A DNA stretch of 64,000 nucleotides from Porticoccaceae bacterium (GCA_041601945.1 JBFIHG010000005.1:2023-66022); one strand, 5' to 3'. Positions 26,299 to 36,304 are shown, counted from the stretch's first letter. Notes: a model not told the origin generated them from the letters alone. Made by a program: numbers and translations.

Positions 26299-29184
26299 CT
26301 AGTCGTCCAGGTAGTTTGCAATCGGCGGGCAGGTGCACACCAGATGGCGATCGCCGTAGACGTTGTCGACACGGTTAACTGTGGGCCACACTTTAGCGGT
26401 GTGCAACCAGGGCACGGGACGTGCCGCGGTTTCCCTGCTGTAGGGTCTTTCCCAAATTTCGGCAAGCAGATCATTCAGAGTATGGGGGGCCTGCTTGAGG
26501 GGGTTGTCAAGGCGATCCCAGGTGCCGTTGGCTACCTGCTCAATTTCGTGGCGAATGCTGATCATGGCGGCGATGAAACGGTCGAGCTCCTGTAGTGATT
26601 CGCTTTCGGTGGGCTCGATCATCAGCGTTCCCGGCACCGGAAAGGACATGGTGGGAGCGTGGTAACCGTAATCCATTAAACGTTTGGCGATATCTTCTTC
26701 GGTGATGCCGCTGATTTCTTTGAGGTCGCGAATATCGATAATACACTCGTGGGCGACGCGGCCGTTGCGGCCGGTATACAGCACTGGGAAGTGATCAGCC
26801 AGTTTTACGGCGATGTAATTGGCATTAAGGATTGCCACCTGAGAAGCTCTTTTCAGGCCTGACGCGCCCATCATGGTGATATACATCCAGGGGATCGGCA
26901 AAATTCCCGCGGAGCCCCAGGGTGCAGCCGAGACCGTACCATTCTCACCATCGGTGCCGGGAATCTGCTGCAACGGATGGGTGGGTAAAAACGGCGCCAA
27001 ATGGGCGCGCACTGCGATCGGCCCCATGCCGGGGCCGCCGCCGCCATGGGGAATACAGAACGTTTTGTGCAGATTCAAGTGAGAGACGTCGCCGCCGAAC
27101 CGCCCCGGCTCAGCAATGCCCACCAGGGCATTCAGATTGGCGCCGTCGATATACACCTGGCCGCCATGCGCGTGGATCAGATCACACAGATCTACGATGT
27201 TTTCCTCAAACACGCCGTGGGTCGAGGGGTAAGTCACCATCAACGCCGCCAAATGGGTGCTGTGCGCCGCGACCTTGGCGCGCAGATCGTCGAGATCGAT
27301 ATTGCCGTCACCGTCGCAGCGCACCACCACTACGCGCAGGCCAACCATCTGGGCGGTGGCGGGATTGGTGCCATGGGCAGAGGAGGGAATCAGGCAGATA
27401 TTGCGGTGCGCCTGGCCGCGACTGGCGTGATACTTCTTGATGGCGATCAGGCCTGCGTATTCACCCTGGGAGCCCGCATTGGGTTGCAGCGACACGGCGC
27501 TGTATCCGGTACAGACCGCAAGCATCTCTTCGAGGTCGGTCAATAGCTGCCGGTAGCCCTGTGCCTGCTCCATGGGCGCAAACGGATGCACGTCCGCAAA
27601 TTTTTGCCAGGTGACCGGTAGCATCTCGGCGCTGGCATTAAGTTTCATGGTGCACGAGCCGAGGGGAATCATACTGTGGTTAAGCGCAATATCCTTGTTT
27701 TCCAGGCGTTTCAGATAGCGTAGCATTTCCGTTTCGCTGTGATAGCTGTTGAAAACTGGATGGGTCAGCACGCTATCTGTGCGGCATATGTTCTCGGCCA
27801 GGCCGGGCTGAGGAGTTGTGTCCGACAGGTTGTGGCGACGGACCTGGTCGGGGCAAAAAAGATCGAGCAGCTGCTCCACCAGTGTTGCGGTACTGGTTTC
27901 GTCGAGACAGATGGTCAACGCAGAGTGGTCCCGTGGAAACAAATTAATACGGGCGGCGCGAACGCGCTCAAGGAGTTCCTCACGCTGGGCGCCAACTTCG
28001 ACGGTAATGCTGTCAAACCAGGTATCGTGACGCAGTTGGTAACCCATCGCGATGAGTCCGCCCGCTAAAAAGTTGGTCAGGGCATGGATGCGTCGCGCAA
28101 TGCGTTGTAGGCCCTCAGGGCCGTGATATACCGCGTAAAAAGCACTGATAACAGCCAGCAACACCTGGGATGTGCAAATATTCGAGTTGGCCTTTTCGCG
28201 GCGAATATGCTGCTCCCGGGTTTGCATGGCCATACGCAATGCAGGTTTACCTCGCACATCCACCGAAACGCCGATAATGCGTCCCGGCGCGGCCCGTTTG
28301 TAGTCGTCGCGAAAGGCCATAAAGGCCGCGTGTGGACCGCCAAAGCCCAGGGGTACGCCGAAGCGCTGGGCGCTCCCGACGACGATATCTGCGCCCATAT
28401 GCCCTGGAGGCTTTAACAAAACCAGGCTCATTAGATCCGCGGCAACGATGGCCAGGGCACCTTGTTGGTGAATCAGTGCAATCGTTGCGTCGAGATTTTT
28501 TACCGCCCCGCTGGATCCCGGATATTGCAGCAGCGCACCAAAATATTGGTGTTGCCCGAGGTCCCGATGCGGATCGCCTTCGACCACTTCGAATCCGAAA
28601 TGCTCGGCCCGGGTGCGCACCACCGCTTTGGTTTGCGGGTGGCAATCGGCGGCCATAAAAAATGTCTGACGGTCGCCACCGCGCTGCAATCGTTTGGCCA
28701 TTGCCATTGCCTCGGCGGCAGCCGTCGCCTCGTCGAGTAGTGAGGCGTTGGCCATTGGCATGCCCGTCAGGTCGATTACCATTTGCTGAAAATTCAACAG
28801 TGCTTCAAGTCGACCCTGAGAAATTTCCGGTTGGTAGGGGGTATAGGCGGTGTACCAGCCGGGGTTTTCGAGCACATTGCGTAAAATAACATTGGGTAAA
28901 ATCGTATTGTGATAACCGAGACCGATTAGCGAGGTAAATAACTGGTTGCGATTAGCGATGCGCTCCAATGCCAGCAGCGCGTCGCGTTCGGAACGAGGTC
29001 TGGGTAGTTGCAGTGCATCGCGCATCAAAATACTGCGTGGCACAAGGCTCTCCACAAGCTGCTCCAGACTGTCCGCTCCGAGGACAGCGAGCATCGCCTC
29101 GATTTCGTGCGGCCGTGGGCCAATGTGACGATTTATAAAGTCGTCGAATCCGGCATCGGCATCGAGGATTGGATTAGAGGGCAT
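26299..29184 (-). CDS. gcvP: glycine dehydrogenase (decarboxylating), glycine-cleavage P protein
   Basis: The N-terminus is [11 protein letters not shown] and the PLP-lysine region is [23 protein letters not shown]. It is ~961 aa from ATG 29184; the ORF opens at 29247. Confidence 0.95.
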   Translation of the reverse strand: MPSNPILDADAGFDDFINRHIGPRPHEIEAMLAVLGADSLEQLVESLVPRSILMRDALQLPRPRSERDALLALERIANRNQLFTSLIGLGYHNTILPNVILRNVLENPGWYTAYTPYQPEISQGRLEALLNFQQMVIDLTGMPMANASLLDEATAAAEAMAMAKRLQRGGDRQTFFMAADCHPQTKAVVRTRAEHFGFEVVEGDPHRDLGQHQYFGALLQYPGSSGAVKNLDATIALIHQQGALAIVAADLMSLVLLKPPGHMGADIVVGSAQRFGVPLGFGGPHAAFMAFRDDYKRAAPGRIIGVSVDVRGKPALRMAMQTREQHIRREKANSNICTSQVLLAVISAFYAVYHGPEGLQRIARRIHALTNFLAGGLIAMGYQLRHDTWFDSITVEVGAQREELLERVRAARINLFPRDHSALTICLDETSTATLVEQLLDLFCPDQVRRHNLSDTTPQPGLAENICRTDSVLTHPVFNSYHSETEMLRYLKRLENKDIALNHSMIPLGSCTMKLNASAEMLPVTWQKFADVHPFAPMEQAQGYRQLLTDLEEMLAVCTGYSAVSLQPNAGSQGEYAGLIAIKKYHASRGQAHRNICLIPSSAHGTNPATAQMVGLRVVVVRCDGDGNIDLDDLRAKVAAHSTHLAALMVTYPSTHGVFEENIVDLCDLIHAHGGQVYIDGANLNALVGIAEPGRFGGDVSHLNLHKTFCIPHGGGGPGMGPIAVRAHLAPFLPTHPLQQIPGTDGENGTVSAAPWGSAGILPIPWMYITMMGASGLKRASQVAILNANYIAVKLADHFPVLYTGRNGRVAHECIIDIRDLKEISGITEEDIAKRLMDYGYHAPTMSFPVPGTLMIEPTESESLQELDRFIAAMISIRHEIEQVANGTWDRLDNPLKQAPHTLNDLLAEIWERPYSRETAARPVPWLHTAKVWPTVNRVDNVYGDRHLVCTCPPIANYLDD

Positions 29185-29230
29185 AACAGCAGGGTACCCG
29201 GAGTAGCAGGTTAGCGGGCCGATCGTAATC

Positions 29231-29246
29231 AGCAATTCACGATCCA
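29231..29246 (-). promoter_or_regulatory. candidate sigma54 (-24/-12) promoter upstream of gcvP
   Basis: The minus strand reads TGGATCGTGAATTGCT. Against the consensus TGGCACG-N4-TTGCW, the GG and GC dinucleotides are at the exact canonical spacing. It lies 47 nt upstream of the ATG at 29184. Confidence 0.35.
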
Positions 29247-29427
29247 TCCCGTAGGCCGTGCATCATAGCAACCGGCATCTTTGCCCGGCAAATCGGATTC
29301 CCAAAATACTGCCCCTGGTGGCGTATGTTGCAAAGCCAGCATCAATACATATCCCGAAGGCGGAAAGGCAATGGATAGCCCTTCAGAAACCACTGTGGAT
29401 GGTCGATAACGGTGCACAACCTGAGAT

Positions 29428-30831
29428 GTGGACAGAATGATGCAGCCCGGTTTGACGACATGTGCAGCGCCAGGCACCGATACACAGATCCCCAATGGCC
29501 TGGAGAAAACCGCCGTGGGGAAGCTGGAGGTGGGCATGTTTGTGGCCCAGCTTGACCGACCCTGGCTGGAATCGCCGTTTTTAATACACGGCTTTGAGAT
29601 TCGACACCGAAGTCAGATCAGAACGCTGATGAGTCACTGCCGACACGTCTACGTGGCGCGGGGGCGCTCGCGCATGGTGGGTGGAGAAAAAACCCTGGCC
29701 CCGGCAGGTATTCGTTGTGTGGTGCAAGCTAACGAGAAGGTCGGGAATCTCTACCAGGTTCGGCGTTGGGGAAAACCCGCTCGCCAGCGGCAATTACGAT
29801 CCCAGTCTGCACAAGTCAACTCCGTGCCGGTCGAGAAGGAGCACGGCCCAGCGCGGGCAATTTACGATCAGGCGTGCACTGACATTGCGAATTTATTGCG
29901 CTCGGTGTCGGTGGGTCAGATGCTGGATACCGACCGGGCGGAACAAGTGGTGATGGCGTGTACAGACAGTATTTTACGCAATCCGAATGCCATGCTGTGG
30001 ATGGCCAAAATAAAGCGTAAGGACGAGTATATTGCCGAGCATTCCCTCGACGTGTGCATCATGGCTGTCGCGTTTGGCCGGCATCTGGGTTATAGCGATA
30101 GCGCGCTGCAATTGCTAGGCTTGTGTGGTCTGTTGCACGACGTTGGAAAAATGCGCATAAAGCCGGAAATATTGTATAAAAAAGAGCCGTTTACGGAGCA
30201 CGAAGCTGAATATTTACGGCGTCATACAGAGGCCGGGTACCAATCGCTGGGGACCCAGAAAGGCCTGCACAAGCTGGTGCTTGATGTGGCGCTTAACCAC
30301 CATGAGCGAGTCGATGGCACGGGTTATCCGCGCGGGTTGCGGGGCCATGAAATAGCAGAATTCACCCGTGTTATCTCTGTGCTGGATGCTTACGATACGA
30401 TGATTTCCGGGCGCCCTTATGCGGCGGCGCGCACCCCCTATGAAGCGCAAAAAATTATCTATGCCAATAAAGGTACACAATTCGACGAGGACATTGCGTT
30501 ACAGTTTATCCGGGCAATTGGGCCTTACCCTCCTGGCACTATTGTGCAATTGTGTAACGGTATGGTGGGCGCGGTGTTATCGGGGCGCCACAAGTTTCGG
30601 CATTTGCCGACTGTCCTGGTGGTACGGGATGAAAATGGGGCGCCAATCCCGTCGCGCAGCATAGATTTGAGTCTGACTGACCAGGGTGGCCTGGATAAAA
30701 CGTTCCTGATTAAAAGGGTGTTAAAAGATGGGGATTGCGGAATACACCTCAATGCACTACGTGTAGAGACTGCCGGTGAGCAGGTAACCGTAGATCCCGG
30801 CCAGCAAATTCCCCGGGTGCAGGGCGATTAG
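29428..30831 (+). CDS. HD-GYP domain c-di-GMP phosphodiesterase with a DUF3391-type N-terminus
   Basis: The N-terminus is LEVGMFVAQLDRPWLESPFLIHGFEI. The HD motif is LLHDVGKMRI and the GYP motif is HHERVDGTGYPRGL. Confidence 0.85.
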   Translation: MDRMMQPGLTTCAAPGTDTQIPNGLEKTAVGKLEVGMFVAQLDRPWLESPFLIHGFEIRHRSQIRTLMSHCRHVYVARGRSRMVGGEKTLAPAGIRCVVQANEKVGNLYQVRRWGKPARQRQLRSQSAQVNSVPVEKEHGPARAIYDQACTDIANLLRSVSVGQMLDTDRAEQVVMACTDSILRNPNAMLWMAKIKRKDEYIAEHSLDVCIMAVAFGRHLGYSDSALQLLGLCGLLHDVGKMRIKPEILYKKEPFTEHEAEYLRRHTEAGYQSLGTQKGLHKLVLDVALNHHERVDGTGYPRGLRGHEIAEFTRVISVLDAYDTMISGRPYAAARTPYEAQKIIYANKGTQFDEDIALQFIRAIGPYPPGTIVQLCNGMVGAVLSGRHKFRHLPTVLVVRDENGAPIPSRSIDLSLTDQGGLDKTFLIKRVLKDGDCGIHLNALRVETAGEQVTVDPGQQIPRVQGD

Positions 30832-30957
30832 TGCATCGTGTTGGCTAATAAATAGCCGACTGTTAGTGTCCTTTGCCCGGCTGACGAGTAGCTACCCCTG
30901 TGCATACAGTGCAGTGGCAGATTTCACGCTTGTCCGGCAATTTCAACCATTTATCCG

Positions 30958-30986
30958 TTGATGTTCGTTTCGTTCAGTCCTATATT
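30958..30986 (+). promoter_or_regulatory. candidate sigma70 promoter of the second HD-GYP gene
   Basis: TTGATG (30958-30963), a 17-nt spacer, then TATATT (30981-30986). It sits about 95 nt upstream of ATG 31082. Confidence 0.3.
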
Positions 30987-31081
30987 TGACGCATAATCGC
31001 GGTGTGTCGCGGCAGTGGCCTGTTGCGAACACGTCAACGCTCTCAGTGGATGGTGGACGAACGGCAGGGATCACACAATTT

Positions 31082-32455
31082 ATGGCCAGTATTTTTAGCG
31101 ATAGCGAAAAAAAATACGCGCCCGAGCAATTGGTTAAAACCCCGGTGGGTCAATTGCAGGTGGGAATGTTTGTGGCTGAGCTGGATCGGCCCTGGCTGGA
31201 AACACCATTTTTAATCCAGGGGTTTGAAATTCGCCACCCTAGTCAAATTAGAAGTCTCAAGGAGCATTGTTACCACGTTTACGTGTTGCGCCCGGGCGTG
31301 GCCAGAAAAAGTGCCAAGGCGAGTGCTCCCGCATTCATGCCCAAAGCGGGTACACCAAAAATTCAGACCACCGGCAAAATGCTTTACGGTGGTGCCAGTA
31401 CCAAAATTAATCGCGGCAAACCAAAACGCGCGCTGGCGCCAGTGGTGCGCAATCGGCCAGCCTATAAAAATACGGTGTCGGCGCGGGCCGAACACGCGTA
31501 TGCGCGCCAGGCCTTTCGCGAGGCTCGGAATTCCCTCGACGGGTTATTGTCCGCCGCGCAGATGGGTAGCATGATTAGCACCGAGAGCGCTCGTAGCACC
31601 GTGACATCCTGTGTGTCGAGTATTCTGCGTAACCCCGACGCCATGATGTGGATGACCAAGATCAAACACCAGAACGAATACACCGCCGAGCACTGCCTCA
31701 ATGTGTGTGTGTTGGCCATTGCCTTCGGGCGCCACCTCAATTTTTCCGAGGTCGATCTGGAGACGGTGGGTTTGTGTGGCCTGTTGCACGATGTGGGGAA
31801 AATGCGCGTGCCCCTGGAAGTTCTGGACAAACCGGGCAAGCTTACCGAGGAGGAATTTCGTGCCATTCAGCGGCACACCATCGAAGGTCGCGATTTGCTG
31901 GTGGCCAGTTCCGGCGTCGACCAGAAAGCTATTGATGCGGCCTTTAATCATCACGAACGTATGGACGGCCAAGGTTATCCCCGCGGGCTACCGGCGGAGG
32001 ATATTCCGGAGTTTGCGCGGGTAATTGCTATCGTCGATGCCTACGATGCCATGACCAGTAACCGCTGTTACGCCAAGGCCCGCTCGCCCATGGAGGCGAT
32101 CAAAATTATTTTTGAAAATCGCGGCTCCCAGTTTGACGACGAGTTGGCTCTACAGTTTATCAAGGCCATCGGCCCGTATCCACCGGGTACGATTGTGGAG
32201 CTACGCAACGGCATGGTGGGGATTGTTATTTCCGCGAAACAAAAATTCCGTCATTTGCCCACGGTGCTGGTGTTGCGGGACGAAAACAAACAGCCTGTTG
32301 CCGAACGCACCCTGGAGTTGCATCTGACAGATACCGGTGAGCTGGGTAAGGATAATCTGATTAAAAAAGTGCTGACGGATGGTGAGTACGATATTTATCT
32401 GGAAAATTACGAGGTAAAATCTTCGCCGGGTGGAGAGTTGTTCGAGCCCGAATAA
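31082..32455 (+). CDS. HD-GYP domain c-di-GMP phosphodiesterase, tandem paralogue
   Basis: It has the same architecture as the upstream gene: LQVGMFVAELDRPWLETPFLIQGFEI, LLHDVGKMRV and HHERMDGQGYPRGL. The start is taken at ATG 31082; the ORF opens at TTG 30986. Confidence 0.85.
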   Translation: MASIFSDSEKKYAPEQLVKTPVGQLQVGMFVAELDRPWLETPFLIQGFEIRHPSQIRSLKEHCYHVYVLRPGVARKSAKASAPAFMPKAGTPKIQTTGKMLYGGASTKINRGKPKRALAPVVRNRPAYKNTVSARAEHAYARQAFREARNSLDGLLSAAQMGSMISTESARSTVTSCVSSILRNPDAMMWMTKIKHQNEYTAEHCLNVCVLAIAFGRHLNFSEVDLETVGLCGLLHDVGKMRVPLEVLDKPGKLTEEEFRAIQRHTIEGRDLLVASSGVDQKAIDAAFNHHERMDGQGYPRGLPAEDIPEFARVIAIVDAYDAMTSNRCYAKARSPMEAIKIIFENRGSQFDDELALQFIKAIGPYPPGTIVELRNGMVGIVISAKQKFRHLPTVLVLRDENKQPVAERTLELHLTDTGELGKDNLIKKVLTDGEYDIYLENYEVKSSPGGELFEPE

Positions 32456-32943
32456 CGTAAATGCATTATGGCGTAGCGGTGATTGACGCCGTGGGTGCAC
32501 AATTCTACGGTTTGTCCCTGAACTTTCCCCAATAGTGCTTTGGCCAACGGCGCATCGATACTGATATTTTCGGGTGAGAGAGCGATTTCATCCGCGCCGA
32601 CAATACGATATACCAATAATTCGTCGTCTTCGTTGCGCAATGTTACCCAGGCGCCAAAATAAACTTTATTGACGTTGTCCGGTGTGCGATCAACGATTTT
32701 AAGTTCTGCCAGGCGATGGTGCAGATAGCGCACCCGTCGATCAATTTCCCGCAGGCGTCGTTTGCCGTAAATGTAATCGCCGTTTTCAGAGCGATCACCA
32801 TTCTTGGCAGCCTCGTGAACAGTAGCAGTTACCTGCGGGCGTTCGGTGTTCCACAGTTCGTGTAACTCCGCGCGCAACGCCGCCGCGCCTTCGGGCGTAA
32901 TATAGGGTGCACTGCCTGGTGTTGGTGGGCGGTAGCGTCCCAT
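32407..32943 (-). CDS. greB: transcript cleavage factor GreB
   Basis: It carries ITPEGAAALRAELHELW, the acidic finger NGDRSENGDYIYGKRRLREIDRRVRYL, and ISIDAPLAKALLGK. ATG 32943 is 4 nt after the peptidase stop. Confidence 0.85.
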   Translation of the reverse strand: MGRYRPPTPGSAPYITPEGAAALRAELHELWNTERPQVTATVHEAAKNGDRSENGDYIYGKRRLREIDRRVRYLHHRLAELKIVDRTPDNVNKVYFGAWVTLRNEDDELLVYRIVGADEIALSPENISIDAPLAKALLGKVQGQTVELCTHGVNHRYAIMHLRYSGSNNSPPGEDFTS

Positions 32944-32947
32944 GGTA

Positions 32948-34897
32948 TTAGCGCTCGGCCGCCAGTTGCGCATCCGGCGTGTCCGGCGGCAACGCGAACA
33001 CCTGTTGGTAAAATTCCAGTTCAGCCTGTAACGCCGTGGCTATGTTTGCTGCCTTGCGAAAGCCATGGCCCTCTCCAGGGAAAGGGACATAGGCCACCGG
33101 CAGGCCCCTGCGTTGCATAGCCTCCACCATCAGTTGCGCCTGTTGGGGCGGCACTACCCGATCGTCCAGGCCTTGAAAAAAAATAACTGGACTGCTTAGC
33201 TTGTCGATATGGTGAATCGGCGAGCGCGCTCGGTAAACATCGCGAGCGGCGGGGTATGGACCGATGAGTTTATCGAGATAACGGGATTCGAATTTGTGGG
33301 TGTCCCGGGCAAGAATTTCCAGATCGCCAATGCCGTAGTAACTGGCGCCAGCACTGAAATCGTCGTAGCGGGTCAGCGCGGCCAGTACCGTGAATCCCCC
33401 CGCGCTACTACCGCGAATTATCATCCGGTTGGGATTTGCCAGATCGCTGGCTATTAAATGGCGGGCGCCAGCGACGGCGTCATCCACGTCGATAATTCCC
33501 CACAAACCCGTTAGTGCTTCGCGATAACGACGGCCATAACCGGTGCTGCCGCGGTAATTGATATCGACGACCGCGAAGCCACGGCTGGTCCAGAACTGGA
33601 TTTTATAGTTCAGCGCGGTGTCTGCGCAGCCCGTTGGGCCGCCGTGGCACATAACGATCAACGGGGGTCTTGCGTCCGTCGGGCCAGTGAATTCAGGATT
33701 ACACGGGGCGTAGTAAAAGCCGTGGGCAGTGCCGTTGTCGGTGGTTGGAAAACTGATGGCCTGCGCCAGGGATACGCCGTTTGCGTGTAACGGCGGGGAA
33801 CTGTGAGGGTGAATCGGCTGCGCTGCACCGCCGTCGATGTCGATGCAGACCAGAACACTGGCGCAGGTGGGGGACGCCCCAATAAACCAGGCCTGTGCGC
33901 CGGTAATAACTATGGACCCAATACTGGAATAAGGAATATGTAAATCGCGCAACTCTTTCCCGTCCACTTTCCCATCTAAATGGATGGATGCGAGATGCCA
34001 CAGGCCATGTTGTGCGTAGGCCGCAATCACATGGTGATGGGCATCAAAGCCGTAGGTGGCAACGCCGAGGCGCCACGGGGGGCCGCTAAATTCTGCGGGC
34101 ATCGGATAGATTGCTTCAATGGCGCCGTTGTTCGTCTGGCGATAGAGGTTCCACCAGTTACTGCGATCCGATACGAAAAATAATTCGCCGCCGGGGGACC
34201 ATTGCGGTTGGCAAATACTTTCCTCGGAGCTTCCAGCAACCCATTGGGGCAGGGTGGGATAGCCCTGGTCGTCGATCTCAGCGTGCCACAGTTCGCTGCC
34301 GTCCCAGGGCATTTGCGGGTGGCTCCAGCATAGCCATGCGAGTGTGCGTTGATCCGGACTCAGGCGAGGACAGGCATAAAAATCCATCCCCCCTATCAGT
34401 TCGCTGACCTGCTGCGAACCGTCGAGGGGTATCGCCGCAATAAAATTGCGCGGTTCCGGCGCGTTAGCGCTATGCCGCTCCGCCACACACAATAAACGCT
34501 GGCGGGTGGCATCCAGCGCCAGGTCGGCAAATCGATAGCCCTGATTATCGGGCGTGAGGGGCTCGGGCCGTGGTTGCGAGCTGTCCGTTTGCATGCGATA
34601 GATGCGTTGGTCGTCCTGGAGCACGAAGTACAGAATATCATCGACCACCAGGTAGGGCGCACCGCCGTATTCGTACACCCGGCTGCTGGCGCTGAGGGGA
34701 TTGGGTAAAATATCGCGAATTTCTCCCCGGCCGTCGCGCTTAAAAATAGTCGTTCGACCATTTTCCGAGGGCCTCGATTCGAGCCAGTAAAGATTTTCCC
34801 CGTCTACCGAGGGTTGCTCCATGGCCGGGGCGGCGGTGGCTACCAACTGGGGACTGACGGATGATGTCCATGTGCCGTAGGGGGCAACTTGAGTCAC
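32948..34897 (-). CDS. S9 family serine peptidase (prolyl oligopeptidase / acylaminoacyl-peptidase type)
   Basis: It has an N-terminal beta-propeller-like region and a C-terminal alpha/beta hydrolase. The nucleophile elbow is IIRGSSAGGFTV and the catalytic His region is FPGEGHGFRK. The GTG start is 6 nt after the yciH stop. Confidence 0.85.
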   Translation of the reverse strand: MTQVAPYGTWTSSVSPQLVATAAPAMEQPSVDGENLYWLESRPSENGRTTIFKRDGRGEIRDILPNPLSASSRVYEYGGAPYLVVDDILYFVLQDDQRIYRMQTDSSQPRPEPLTPDNQGYRFADLALDATRQRLLCVAERHSANAPEPRNFIAAIPLDGSQQVSELIGGMDFYACPRLSPDQRTLAWLCWSHPQMPWDGSELWHAEIDDQGYPTLPQWVAGSSEESICQPQWSPGGELFFVSDRSNWWNLYRQTNNGAIEAIYPMPAEFSGPPWRLGVATYGFDAHHHVIAAYAQHGLWHLASIHLDGKVDGKELRDLHIPYSSIGSIVITGAQAWFIGASPTCASVLVCIDIDGGAAQPIHPHSSPPLHANGVSLAQAISFPTTDNGTAHGFYYAPCNPEFTGPTDARPPLIVMCHGGPTGCADTALNYKIQFWTSRGFAVVDINYRGSTGYGRRYREALTGLWGIIDVDDAVAGARHLIASDLANPNRMIIRGSSAGGFTVLAALTRYDDFSAGASYYGIGDLEILARDTHKFESRYLDKLIGPYPAARDVYRARSPIHHIDKLSSPVIFFQGLDDRVVPPQQAQLMVEAMQRRGLPVAYVPFPGEGHGFRKAANIATALQAELEFYQQVFALPPDTPDAQLAAER

Positions 34898-34903
34898 GGG
34901 TTC

Positions 34904-35242
34904 TCAGCCCCCCGCAAGTTTCACAGTGTAGCCCCGCGCCGCGAGGAACGGGCAGATGGTGTCGCGCTTGTCCCCCTGTATTTCGATTACGCCATTTTTA
35001 ACCGAGCCACCTACGCCGCACAGGCGCTTCAGTTCGCCCGCCAGCTGTTTAAGTTCCGCCTCCGCCAAATTAAGCCCGGTAATGGTGGTGACGCCTTTGC
35101 CCTTACGACCACTGGTTTCACGGCGAATACGCACAATGCCGTCGCCCCGATTTACGCCATCGGTGGCGCCAGCAGGTGTGGATTTTTGGTCTTTGACACG
35201 CCCGTGCTCGGTGGAATAGACGAGTCGCGAATTTTTATTCAT
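34904..35242 (-). CDS. yciH: SUI1/eIF1-family translation initiation factor homologue
   Basis: A 112-aa protein. VRIRRETSGRKGKGVTTITGL ... LKRLCGVGGSVKNGVIEIQGD is the SUI1 domain. Confidence 0.85.
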   Translation of the reverse strand: MNKNSRLVYSTEHGRVKDQKSTPAGATDGVNRGDGIVRIRRETSGRKGKGVTTITGLNLAEAELKQLAGELKRLCGVGGSVKNGVIEIQGDKRDTICPFLAARGYTVKLAGG

Positions 35243-35293
35243 ATCGAATCGTTCACGCTATGCGTTGAGGTTCGGAAAGTTCGAATTGTATAG

Positions 35294-35333
35294 ATCAGTC
35301 AGTCGCATCGGTAATCAGTCAGTCACATCGGTA
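35294..35333. repeat. two tandem 20-bp copies spanning the stop codon of the quinone oxidoreductase gene
   Basis: ATCAGTCAGTCGCATCGGTA (35294-35313) is followed directly by ATCAGTCAGTCACATCGGTA (35314-35333), with one mismatch. The gene's stop codon is the complement of 35315-35317. Confidence 0.9.
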
Positions 35334-36304
35334 TTTGTCACCAGCATAATTTTTCCGATATGGGCATTAGTTTCCATCAGACGATGTCCCGCCGCGGCTT
35401 CGGTCAGTGGCAAAGTGCTATGAATAACCGGCTTGACGGCGCCGCTGCTCAGCAGCGGCCAGACCTTGTCGTGCAGCCCGCGGGCGATACGGGCTTTATT
35501 GGCGATCGACTGACTGCGCAGGGTAGACCCGGTTAGCACCAGTTGTTTGAGCATAACTGGCATGAAGTCTACTTCCGTTTTGGAACCCCGTAAAAAAGCG
35601 ATGGAAACCATGCGCCCCTGAAAGGCGAGCGCACGAATATTTTTCGCTATGTAATCGCCGCCGACCATATCGAGAATCACATCCGCGCCCTTGCACACCG
35701 ATTTTACCCCGTCGACAAAATCTTCGTGGCGGTAGTTAAACGCTTTTTCCGCGCCCAGTTGTTCACAGGTCAGGCATTTATCGGCATTGCCAGCGGTGGC
35801 GAACACCCGCGCCCCAAACGCTTTACCTAATTGAATGGCCACCGTGCCGATGCCGCTGGCACCACCGTGCACCAGCAGCACTTCGTTGGGCTGCAACGCG
35901 GCGCGTTCAAACAGGTTGTGCCATACAGTAAAAAAGGTTTCCGGGAGTGCCGCAGCCTGAATATCGCTGAAAGCCTCTGGAACCGGCAAGCAAAGACTGG
36001 CCTCCGCGAGTGCGTACTCGGCATAGCCCCCGCCGCTCAATAAAGCACATACCCGGTCGCCGATCTGCCATTGCTCGACACCTTCGCCCAGACCGGCGAC
36101 AGTTCCGGCTACCTCGAGCCCCGGCAGGTCTGATGCCCCAGGTGGCGGTGGGTAGCCCCCCTGGCGCTGAAACACATCGGGACGATTAATACCCGCCGCC
36201 GCGACGCGAATCAGGACCTGGTCGGCCCCGGGAGCGGGTAAGGGGCGTTGACCTGGCTGCAACACCTCAGGGCCGCCGGGCTCGGTTATTTCGATACATC
36301 TCAT
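35315..36304 (-). CDS. NAD(P)H:quinone oxidoreductase (MDR superfamily, PIG3/Qor type)
   Basis: It starts MRCIEITEPGGPEVL. The nucleotide-binding motif is VLLVHGGASGIGTVAIQL. ATG 36304 is chosen by homology; the ORF opens at 36358. Confidence 0.85.
   Translation of the reverse strand: MRCIEITEPGGPEVLQPGQRPLPAPGADQVLIRVAAAGINRPDVFQRQGGYPPPPGASDLPGLEVAGTVAGLGEGVEQWQIGDRVCALLSGGGYAEYALAEASLCLPVPEAFSDIQAAALPETFFTVWHNLFERAALQPNEVLLVHGGASGIGTVAIQLGKAFGARVFATAGNADKCLTCEQLGAEKAFNYRHEDFVDGVKSVCKGADVILDMVGGDYIAKNIRALAFQGRMVSIAFLRGSKTEVDFMPVMLKQLVLTGSTLRSQSIANKARIARGLHDKVWPLLSSGAVKPVIHSTLPLTEAAAGHRLMETNAHIGKIMLVTNTDVTD

Noticed and set aside
29185-29427. A possible glycine riboswitch in the gcvP leader (minus strand), or a c-di-GMP-I riboswitch ahead of the HD-GYP gene (plus strand). 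The prompts were fragments such as CACCAGGGGCA, CCGGGCAAAGATGCC, CCGAAGGCGGAAAGGCAA and GTTGCAAAGCC.
   Set aside because: I could not assemble the conserved cores of either class. For the glycine class, the CUCUGGAGAG ... ACCGAAGGGGCAA ... CUCAGGCAAAAGGAC arrangement is missing. For GEMM-I, the GGCAAA ... GAAA ... GGGACGCAAAGCC arrangement with the required pairings is missing. The spacing is also wrong. A covariance-model scan (Rfam RF00504 and RF01051) would settle it.
30898-30909. CTGTGCATACAG between the two HD-GYP genes, considered as a LexA-like palindrome.
   Set aside because: The spacer is 4 nt rather than 8, so it does not fit the CTGT-N8-ACAG operator seen at 5942-5961.
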